A stretch of DNA of 13,319 bases from Promethearchaeota archaeon (GCA_048941265.1 JBHLNT010000113.1:1-13319); one strand, 5' to 3'. Shown: positions 1 through 7,376, counted from the first letter of the stretch. The notes: generated by a model from the letters alone, not told the origin. Made by a program: numbers and translations.

Positions 1-768
1 ATTGTTGCATTTTCAGGAAAAGGTGGTGTTGGGAAAACCACAAGTTTAGTCTTATTTTTAAAATACATTATTGATAACAAAAAAGCTAAAGATATTTTAG
101 TTATTGATTCTGATCCTGATGCGAATGTGGCAGACGTGATTGGTGAAGAAATAAAATTCTGTGATACTATTGGGGGAAAAATGAAAGTATTAAAAGATAA
201 GATTCAAGGATTTAAAGTATCACCAACCACTCCTAAGAATCAATTAATTGAATCTGATGTATTTAGTTGTCTTATTGAAATGGATGAGTTTGATCTATTA
301 GAGATGGGTCGTTCGGAAGGAAGTGGATGTTATTGTTTTATTAATGACGTGCTTAAGAAAGTTATTGACAGCTTATCCAAGAATTACGACATTACGTTAT
401 TAGATTCTCCTGCGGGCTTAGAACACTTCGCACGTAAAACTGGTCAAGATGTGACCGATTTAGTGATTGTAACTGATCCCTCAAAAATGGGTATTCATAC
501 CATGAAAAGAATTCTCGAAATTGCAAAAGAAGTTGAGCTTAAGTTTGAAAATATTTGGATCTTGGGCAATCGATTTCCAGAGAATCTTCGGGATACATTA
601 ATCAAAGAAGTAGAGAATCTCCAAGAAAAAAACGTCCAATTATTAGGTTTCATTTCAAGTAATGATGAGATAAGCGGAATTAATTTAACCGGTGGCAATT
701 TATTGGAGTTATCTGATACTAATCCTTCATATCTAGAAGTAAAGAAAATCTTTGCAAAAATTTTATAA
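1..768 (+). CDS. cooC: CooC/AcsF-family nickel-insertion ATPase (CODH/ACS maturation factor), 5'-truncated by the window edge
   Basis: Frame 1 is open from base 1: IVAFSGKGGVGKTT (deviant Walker A), LVIDSDPDAN, MGRSEGSGCYC (CooC Ni-binding CxC), LLDSPAGLEHFAR. The track start at 127 (GTG) is internal; the true start lies upstream of the window. Confidence 0.92.
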   Translation: MVAFSGKGGVGKTTSLVLFLKYIIDNKKAKDILVIDSDPDANVADVIGEEIKFCDTIGGKMKVLKDKIQGFKVSPTTPKNQLIESDVFSCLIEMDEFDLLEMGRSEGSGCYCFINDVLKKVIDSLSKNYDITLLDSPAGLEHFARKTGQDVTDLVIVTDPSKMGIHTMKRILEIAKEVELKFENIWILGNRFPENLRDTLIKEVENLQEKNVQLLGFISSNDEISGINLTGGNLLELSDTNPSYLEVKKIFAKIL

Positions 769-769
769 A

Positions 770-776
770 TTTTTTT
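770..776 (+). terminator. Candidate archaeal oligo-T terminator after cooC
   Basis: T7 run just after the TAA at 766-768, between convergent genes. Weak evidence in AT-rich DNA. Confidence 0.3.
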
Positions 777-800
777 CATCAAGGTTTAAAAATTTCTATT

Positions 801-2822
801 TCATGAAGACAATTCTAAAACTTTGAGTCCTTTTTTTGTTATTGAATATTTATACTGTTTTTCTCTATTTCCTGTCGCATTTGGATTTATTGTATGGATT
901 CTAGTTAAGTATTCCTTTTCATACAAATCTCTTATTGTTGAATTTATATATTTTAAATCGTTTAGGTGAGGCATTTTATCTAAATCTGAGAAAAATAAGT
1001 CATTATTTTGAAATTCACTCAATACTCTTTTTTGAATCTCGGTTAAATAACGAAATTTATTATCTTTAGTTGATTGCTTATTTGATTCATCGTTTTTTGA
1101 TAAATTATTTCTTATAAACTCTTTATAATCAAATTTAGGAATTTCAGGTAAAATTATTTTATATCTCTCCTCAATTTGTTTTATTATATAATCTTGCATC
1201 TCTTCAGGTTCAATCCTTTTCCATTCACCATTTTGCATTTCCCATCCTACAGTTATCAAGAATACAATATTATCATTACATAACTTCACTCTAAAATCAT
1301 CAAGCTTTATCTGCTTTTCAAAGTCACCTTCATTTGGATGCCATTCAATAACTCTTTCATAGTGTTGTTTACCATTTCGTTCAAAACCAGTGTTCACAAG
1401 GGGATTAAATCCATCTAAGTGCATATCAGATATATTAAAACCTACTAATTTAGGATTATATTTTTTTAAAGCATTAATCCCACTACTAGAAATTACTACT
1501 TGATCTAAGGAAGTTTGAGGAAATCGAATCTCTCTTTTCATCAAGTGAGAATAGATATGTTCAATACACCCCCTACAAATCCTTTCATAGAATCCTTGAG
1601 AACAGTAGGGACACCATTGTCTTCTATTAATTACTTTATCTGGTGTTGTTGGCCATTTGAAACCACATTTACCACATAACCACCAAAAATATGTATGAAT
1701 TGGGGGTGTCTCTCTCTTTTTATAATATTGTTCTGCATCAGCCATAAATGTTCCTTCATATCCTGTCTTCTCTAAGCCAACTTTTCTCGCCGCCTCTCTT
1801 ACAGTTTCAATCGGATTTATCATTTTTATACGTTGAATTTCTTTCACACATTTTTCACACCAACTGCCTTTTTTTACTTGATGGGGAGTTTGTTTAAAAA
1901 TGTCATCGCATCTTCCACATAACCAATCCAAAAAGGCTCCATCAGGATATGGAATTTTGTTATAAAGATCCTCAGGAGTTTTTAATTTTCCTACAAATTC
2001 CGTCTTTTCTTTGCCAATTTTTTTTGCTAATTCTTGTAGGTCATTATAAGGTGTTCTCTCAACCCAATTTACTTTTTTTTTTAAGTAATTTTGATATTCT
2101 TCATGTTCAATTGATTTTATTAAATATTTAGATAATGTACTTGCTTCTGGAACATATTTTTTCTCTTTTTCTAATTCTCTTCGAATTTCATTTAAACTTC
2201 CTAATTTCTTTAGCAATATTATCCAATAATCAATTTCTTCTTTTGTAGGTTTATGTCTTTTATCTGGAAGCCAATTATTTAAATTAAAGTTTTTTGATTT
2301 TTCTAATGCTTTTATATTTCTTAAAACGTGTTTTTTAGCACTATTACGAGAAATGTTTTTAAAAACCTTAATATCATTAACTAATTTTTTATAATCGTAC
2401 GATTTTAAAGATACATGAACGATTACAATCAAACAATTTATAGCTTGAGTTAAACTATGAGAGTTTATACCAATCCTTAAATTATGCATAAAACTTTCGA
2501 TAATTCCTTTTGTTCTATTCTCAATGCCTAAGAAATATTCAAAAACTTTAGCAATATCTTCTTCTTTTTTTAAGGTAATTTGTATTTCATCATAGATTAG
2601 ACCACTTAAATCTTCACTCTCTTTTTCAGTTAAATAATAAGAATTTTTGATTTCTTCATTTAGATCTGATGTGTTATTTTTTAAGGGATTAGAGACAATA
2701 TTATCAATAGGAGGCTCATTGAAATTTTTAGTTAAATATGAATTACTCTCAATCGATGTTGTAGGTATAAAACATTCTTCATCATTGCACTCTAACTTAT
2801 TCTTATTTTCTTCTTCAGACAT
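801..2822 (-). CDS. Multidomain zinc-ribbon / Vsr-like PD-(D/E)XK endonuclease with C-terminal winged HTH
   Basis: Two WxCxxC...WCxxC ribbons (WLCGRC..WCEKC, WLCGKC..WCPYC). Then E413-RICR, MHLDGFN (D470), GFERNGKQHY (E-x-N-G-x-Q-H) and FEKQIKLDDFRVKLCNDNIVFLITV, the layout of Vsr/DUF559-like nucleases. The C terminus LTEIQKRVL...IRDLYEKEYLTR...YSITKKGLKVL is wHTH-like. Confidence 0.75.
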   Translation of the reverse strand: MSEEENKNKLECNDEECFIPTTSIESNSYLTKNFNEPPIDNIVSNPLKNNTSDLNEEIKNSYYLTEKESEDLSGLIYDEIQITLKKEEDIAKVFEYFLGIENRTKGIIESFMHNLRIGINSHSLTQAINCLIVIVHVSLKSYDYKKLVNDIKVFKNISRNSAKKHVLRNIKALEKSKNFNLNNWLPDKRHKPTKEEIDYWIILLKKLGSLNEIRRELEKEKKYVPEASTLSKYLIKSIEHEEYQNYLKKKVNWVERTPYNDLQELAKKIGKEKTEFVGKLKTPEDLYNKIPYPDGAFLDWLCGRCDDIFKQTPHQVKKGSWCEKCVKEIQRIKMINPIETVREAARKVGLEKTGYEGTFMADAEQYYKKRETPPIHTYFWWLCGKCGFKWPTTPDKVINRRQWCPYCSQGFYERICRGCIEHIYSHLMKREIRFPQTSLDQVVISSSGINALKKYNPKLVGFNISDMHLDGFNPLVNTGFERNGKQHYERVIEWHPNEGDFEKQIKLDDFRVKLCNDNIVFLITVGWEMQNGEWKRIEPEEMQDYIIKQIEERYKIILPEIPKFDYKEFIRNNLSKNDESNKQSTKDNKFRYLTEIQKRVLSEFQNNDLFFSDLDKMPHLNDLKYINSTIRDLYEKEYLTRIHTINPNATGNREKQYKYSITKKGLKVLELSS
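1602..2051 (-). repeat. Intragenic tandem repeat of a ~70-aa helix plus zinc-ribbon unit (aa 258-325 and 337-407)
   Basis: PYNDLQELAKKIGKEKTEFVG...WLCGRC..F..TP..V....WCEKC versus PIETVREAARKVGLEKTGYEG...WLCGKC..W..TP..V.....WCPYC. Confidence 0.85.
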
Positions 2823-3077
2823 GATTTTAATAGAAAAATATATCTCTAAACCATATTTTATACCTTAATATTTAAAACTATCCAAGTACCTAAATTTGTG
2901 AATTTTAATATTTGAATTCAAATTACTCTTGAAAGTTTAATTATTAAAAATTAGTAGCATTAGTGCTTTAGTAAAGCTCTTCTAACATTAAGATATTTAT
3001 GATATATAGCATCTTTAGAAAGCTATTTAAAATATAATAGACAATATATCTTTAATAAAGACAAGATAAGAGAGTAA

Positions 3078-3674
3078 ATGAAAGACTCGCTGGACATTTT
3101 CTCAATTTTAAATGATGACGAAGAAATATTATGGGAAGAGCAACCATTAATAAATAAAAAATATATATTAATATTTTGGTCAATTGCAGCGTTATCTATA
3201 ACATTATTATTAATTATTTATGTTGTTCAAAAAAACAATTATAGGGCGATTTTTGGATCTATTATTTTAAGTGTATATATAATTATATTTCTATTTGAAT
3301 ATAGAATAGACAAACAGAGAAAGGGAAAAACCACATATTTTGTAACTTCCTACAGGTTGATTAAAAAAGATCCTGAAATTATGAGACTTAATTTTTCAGA
3401 ACTGGACTGCTCATTCATGAATGTGCATGAGAATTTTATAACCTTAGACTTAAAAGGCATAAGAAGTTTTTCAATTAAGAAAAAAGGTAAATTAAAAACA
3501 ATAATTTTTTTTCCAAAATGTGATGAAACAAACCTTTATCCAATTTACCTAGAAGATGTTAGACACTACTTGGATTTAATTAAAATTTTAACTAGACTAA
3601 TACCTCTTAAATTGAGATTTCAAAACAAAATTCTGTTTAGCAAAGAATATGAGTTTATCAATTTGTACAATTAA
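3078..3674 (+). CDS. Hypothetical membrane protein (2 TM helices, probable bacterial-type PH domain)
   Basis: 198-aa ATG ORF. DDEEILWEEQP, two hydrophobic helices, then TTYFVTSYRLI, resembling the E.ILW..P / Y.lT..Rl pattern of prokaryotic PH-domain membrane proteins. Confidence 0.65.
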   Translation: MKDSLDIFSILNDDEEILWEEQPLINKKYILIFWSIAALSITLLLIIYVVQKNNYRAIFGSIILSVYIIIFLFEYRIDKQRKGKTTYFVTSYRLIKKDPEIMRLNFSELDCSFMNVHENFITLDLKGIRSFSIKKKGKLKTIIFFPKCDETNLYPIYLEDVRHYLDLIKILTRLIPLKLRFQNKILFSKEYEFINLYN

Positions 3675-3729
3675 ATAAAAATAGATAATATTTATCAGAA
3701 TTAACTAAAAAATTACTAATCGTACTAAT

Positions 3730-4203
3730 ATGAAACTTAAAACCAAAGAATATAGCAATAGCCTAATTCAATTATATCTCCTAATATTTTTTTTATTAGT
3801 TATACCCTTTTTATTCTTCTTTTATACATTAAACTCTCCGTATTTCATAGTTTTATATCTAATTAATATGATTCTAGTGATGATAATGATTCTCTACTTC
3901 TATTATATCAAGAAAAGATTGAAAATGTTAGCATCAATGAAGAATACTAAGAGTAATTTTTTTAAAAAAAATATTACAACAAAATTTGAAGTAGTTAGTA
4001 TTAAAGGAGGATTTATGACTATTACTGCGATAGGAGTTCATTTCTATTTATTCTATCATACAAACATAAAAGAATATTCACTTTTTACACACCCAATCGG
4101 ACTAATGTTAGTCGTCATCATGGAAGTCGGAGCGATTATGACAAGCTTCGCAAAAAATATACCTTATGATATTTCAGCTATAAAAAATAAACAAAACTAT
4201 TGA
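3730..4203 (+). CDS. Hypothetical integral membrane protein (about 4 TM)
   Basis: 157-aa ATG ORF with four hydrophobic segments and a basic loop after the second. Its TGA (4201-4203) lies at the start of the cooC remnant. Confidence 0.65.
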   Translation: MKLKTKEYSNSLIQLYLLIFFLLVIPFLFFFYTLNSPYFIVLYLINMILVMIMILYFYYIKKRLKMLASMKNTKSNFFKKNITTKFEVVSIKGGFMTITAIGVHFYLFYHTNIKEYSLFTHPIGLMLVVIMEVGAIMTSFAKNIPYDISAIKNKQNY

Positions 4204-4357
4204 GAAAATTAAAAAAGGATAATATTAAACTCTTAGGATTTATATCTAATAACGACGAAATAAGCAAGTTAAACCTAATAGATGGTAATCTACTTAAGCT
4301 TTCATTGAAAATCCTTCTTATCAACAAGCAAAGGATATTTTTGCTAAAATTATTTAA
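4199..4357 (+). pseudogene. cooC: Displaced, frameshifted 3' fragment of cooC
   Basis: 4209-4304 reads LKKDNIKLLGFISNNDEISKLNLIDGNLLKLS. After a 1-nt deletion near 4305, 4307-4357 reads ENPSYQQAKDIFAKII*. This aligns to cooC 619-768 (LQEKNVQLLGFISSNDEISGINLTGGNLLELSDTNPSYLEVKKIFAKIL*) at 31/49 identities by hand, with the stop in the same position. Confidence 0.9.
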
Positions 4358-4387
4358 AAATCTTTCATATTTGAGAATTGTTAGCTC

Positions 4388-5182
4388 ATGGAAGAATACC
4401 TTTTTATTTTGCTGGTTTTAGCTTTTGCCATTCTTGTAGGATCAACGTTAGGATTTGGTGACTCGTTAATTTTCATTCCAATAGCTGCAATTTTTTTAGG
4501 CATTCATATAGCAATCGTTTTAATGGGATTTTGGACCACTATCCTATCAATTTTTAATACAATTAAATACAGACAGTGTTTTGATAAACTGTTAATTAAA
4601 AAATATCTCGGTCCAGGTATCCTTGGTGTTATCATAGGAGCATTACTTTTAGTTGTGGCTCCGATTCCTATTGTCGAATTATCACTTGGCATCTTTATCA
4701 TCGCGTTCATTATTGCTAAATTTAGGGAAATTAAAAGAAAAAATAATGAAAGTCCTGTTGAGGAATCGCAATTTTAAGAATCTCATTTGAAATATGTACC
4801 AAATTGCATAATATATCCGGGAGCTTTTTCATATGGTTTTATTGGTGGCTTAATTGGGACACCCAGCCCTATAAACGTCGTAATTTTAGAGAAACGAGGA
4901 CATGAACGTGAGAGTTTCATAGGAAATTTTTCTTTCATAAGCATTATGATCGGCTCGTTTAGATTGGTAATATACGTACTATACGATTTATTTCCAATGG
5001 GATTAATTCTCCTTTTCTTAGAAGGGATAGTTGTAACGTACGTGGTGACGAAAATCGGCCATTGGTTAACCCCACGAATCCCCCAAAAAAAGTTTAAGCT
5101 TTTGGTTTTGCTATTACTCACGGTTATAGGGATAAGACTCTTATTAAACTCCCTTTTAATACTATTCAATCTTAAAATTTAA
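4388..5182 (+). pseudogene. TauE/SafE (DUF81, TSUP) family transporter interrupted by one in-frame TAA at 4775-4777
   Basis: ORFs 4388..4777 and 4787..5182 share a frame (offset 399 nt) and read ...ESQF*ESHLKYVP... Motifs: GSTLGFGDSLIFIP, GILGVIIGA, GFIGGLIGTPSP, KIGHWLTPRIPQKKFKLLVLLLL. The joined length of about 264 codons fits the family. Confidence 0.82.
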
Positions 5183-5185
5183 TAA
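5174..5185 (+). promoter_or_regulatory. Candidate BRE/TATA box for the microprotein ORF
   Basis: AAAA followed by TTTAATAA (5178-5185), ending 26 nt before ATG 5211. The spacing fits a leaderless archaeal transcript, but such motifs are common in AT-rich DNA. Confidence 0.3.
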
Positions 5186-5210
5186 GTTACAATTCAATTA
5201 TTATATCATA

Positions 5211-5378
5211 ATGAGCGATAAAAAAAGACATGCTGACGATTGTGGGTGCGAGCATCATGATCACACCGAAGATGCTACTCACCACATTGGAGTTGCATGC
5301 CCTACCGAAACATTTGCCGATAATCTCATAGAATATTTGAAAAAAGAGTTTGAAAAAGAGTCCGGAGATAAAAAATAG
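5211..5378 (+). CDS. 55-aa His/Cys/Asp-rich microprotein, candidate metal-binding protein (absent from ORF track)
   Basis: Hand translation: MSDKKRHADDCGCEHHDHTEDATHHIGVACPTETFADNLIEYLKKEFEKESGDKK*. ATG start, visibly GC-richer than its flanks, candidate TATA upstream, T-tract downstream. Confidence 0.75.
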   Translation: MSDKKRHADDCGCEHHDHTEDATHHIGVACPTETFADNLIEYLKKEFEKESGDKK

Positions 5379-5401
5379 CTCTTCTTAATCAAAAAATACA
5401 G

Positions 5402-5416
5402 TTTTTCTTTTTTTTT
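5402..5416 (+). terminator. Oligo-T terminator candidate after the microprotein
   Basis: TTTTTCTTTTTTTTT starting 24 nt after the TAG. Confidence 0.45.
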
Positions 5417-5517
5417 GAGATAAGTTTTAAACAAAATCTCATCTCCAATTATTAAAGTTTTAAATTCTCCTTTCATAATTTTATTTATTCAAATAAAACA
5501 GTATATGACTGTTTATA

Positions 5518-7341
5518 ATGGCAAAGTATACTGGAAGTGAAATTATAGTAAAATATTTAATAAAAGAAGGAGTAAAATATGTTCTCGGTATTCCGGGACA
5601 TGGATGTTTACCTTTAACCGATGCACTTTATCGAGATAAGGATAAAATTCAATTAATCCAGCCTAAGCAAGAAATGGGTGGAGTACATTGCGCAGTTGGA
5701 TATTATCGGATAACTGGAAAACCACTGATGGTTTTTACTTCAATAGGTCCCGGCGCAATTAATACTGCAATTGGTTTAGCAGATGCATATGTTGATTCTA
5801 TGCCAGTATTAGTAATTAATGGCGATACACATGTGCATATGCGTGGTAAAGGAGTGTTACAAGAAATAGAAAGAGGGAGGGATTCAGATATGCCAAGAAT
5901 TTTAGAACCAATAGTAAAACGCAACTGGCAAGTAAGTTCAGTAGAACAACTTCCTACAATTATGCAACGAGCTTTTAACCAAATGTTAACAGGACGAAGA
6001 GGACCAGTGGCAATCGATCTTCCTATGGATGTTCAAGCACAAGCAATAGAAGTTGAGATTCCTGAACCCTTAGAAAGAAGAGCTACTGGAAGAACCTTAG
6101 GTGATCCTGAGTTAATTAAACAAGCAGTAGGACTTTTAAAAAATGCGAAACGACCAGTATTGTTCATAGGTGGTGGCGTAATTACAGCAGAAGCTACAAG
6201 TGAAGTTCAAAAAATAGCGGAAACAATTGGCGCTGCTGTTGTCGTCACGATGATGGGTAAAGATGTAATTCCTAACGATCATCCCCTTTACTGTTGGTCT
6301 GCAGGATCTAAGGGAACAACGATTGGGTTAAATATGACCTCAAAAGCGGATGTTATTTTAGCAGTAGGTTGTAGGTTTGCTGATGAAACAGCTGCTTCTT
6401 ATAAGGATGGTGTAAGTTTCTCAATACCACCGACAAAATTAATACAAATTGATATCGATCCCCATGAAATTGGTAAAAACTACCCCGTATCAGTTGGAAT
6501 TTTTGGAGATGCGAAAGCATGTCTGTATCAAATTATTGAAGAGTTAAATGCTCAAGGTTTTTCAAAGGATTATGAAAAAACCGAATATTTTAAAGAGATG
6601 CAAGAAGAAAAAAAGAAATGGTTTGAGTTTCTTGCTGAACATACAGACGAGTCCAAGGTTCCTGTTATGATTTCTACTGTTTTAACAGAAGTTCGAAAGT
6701 TTTTTGATAGAGATGCTGTTATTGTAACCAGTTCTGGTAATGTGCAAGCTCAAATGCTACAAGAATTAGAGTTTTATGAACCAAGAACATGTATCACCGC
6801 GGGAGGATTTTCTACTATGGGTTTTACTGTTCCCGCAGCGATTGGTGCCAAACTAGGATCAATAGATATTGGTAAACCTAATCGACAAGTTGTAGGATTA
6901 GTCGGTGATGGAGATTTTATGATGACGATTTCTGAACTGTCAGTCGCAGTCCAATTGGGACTTTCCAATATCTTCTTTATTGTATTAAATAATCATGGCT
7001 GGATTGCAATTAAAGATTTGCAACAAGCTGCTTTTGGAGAAGATCGAGGTTATGGAACTGCATTTGAAGACAAGGATGGAAATACGTATTCTCCTGATTT
7101 TGCCAAAATCGGAGAAGCTTTTGGGTGCTATTCTGAGAAAATTTCCAAAAAAGAAGAAATTATACCAGCATTAGAACGAGCTAAAAACTCAGGAAAACCA
7201 GCTGTTATTGAAATTGAAATACAAAGAGATTTTCCCTATACTGGAAGTCCAGCAGTGGGCTGGTGGGATGTTCCAATTCCAGAATACTTAACGGAGAGAA
7301 GAAAGAAATATGAAGAGGAAATAAAAGGAGAAAAACTCTAA
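5518..7341 (+). CDS. ThDP-dependent enzyme, acetolactate synthase large subunit / IolD-like family
   Basis: GIPGHG, catalytic Glu in PKQEMGG, TSIGPGAIN, GPVAIDLPMDVQ, IQIDIDPHEIGKN, ThDP motif GDGDF...LNN, C-terminal GWWDVP. Confidence 0.9.
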   Translation: MAKYTGSEIIVKYLIKEGVKYVLGIPGHGCLPLTDALYRDKDKIQLIQPKQEMGGVHCAVGYYRITGKPLMVFTSIGPGAINTAIGLADAYVDSMPVLVINGDTHVHMRGKGVLQEIERGRDSDMPRILEPIVKRNWQVSSVEQLPTIMQRAFNQMLTGRRGPVAIDLPMDVQAQAIEVEIPEPLERRATGRTLGDPELIKQAVGLLKNAKRPVLFIGGGVITAEATSEVQKIAETIGAAVVVTMMGKDVIPNDHPLYCWSAGSKGTTIGLNMTSKADVILAVGCRFADETAASYKDGVSFSIPPTKLIQIDIDPHEIGKNYPVSVGIFGDAKACLYQIIEELNAQGFSKDYEKTEYFKEMQEEKKKWFEFLAEHTDESKVPVMISTVLTEVRKFFDRDAVIVTSSGNVQAQMLQELEFYEPRTCITAGGFSTMGFTVPAAIGAKLGSIDIGKPNRQVVGLVGDGDFMMTISELSVAVQLGLSNIFFIVLNNHGWIAIKDLQQAAFGEDRGYGTAFEDKDGNTYSPDFAKIGEAFGCYSEKISKKEEIIPALERAKNSGKPAVIEIEIQRDFPYTGSPAVGWWDVPIPEYLTERRKKYEEEIKGEKL

Positions 7342-7376
7342 AAAAATTATCGAAATAATCCTAAAATTTGTTTAAT

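Larger units (their letters stand above)
769..4198. mobile_element. Putative inserted island (nuclease plus two membrane-protein genes) between the functional cooC 3' end and a displaced cooC 3' remnant
   Basis: Flanked by two homologous cooC tails (about 610..768 and 4199..4357). Contains a homing-endonuclease-like gene. No integrase, transposase, terminal inverted repeats or exact target duplication seen. Confidence 0.6.

Noticed and set aside
769-4198. IS element, prophage, or intron/intein interpretation of the island
   Set aside because: No transposase, integrase or virion genes, no terminal inverted repeats or exact target duplication. cooC ends in its own stop and the nuclease is on the opposite strand, so splicing is not needed.
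4200-4421. 73-aa ORF in the track treated as a real gene
   Set aside because: It is the frameshifted cooC tail running into out-of-frame sequence; recorded as a pseudogene fragment.
4775-4777. Selenocysteine or pyrrolysine readthrough in the TauE gene
   Set aside because: The stop is TAA, not TGA or TAG, and TAA terminates many genes in this window.
5279-5476. Minus-strand 65-aa ORF
   Set aside because: Antisense to the better-supported His/Cys-rich ORF and runs through low-complexity terminator DNA.
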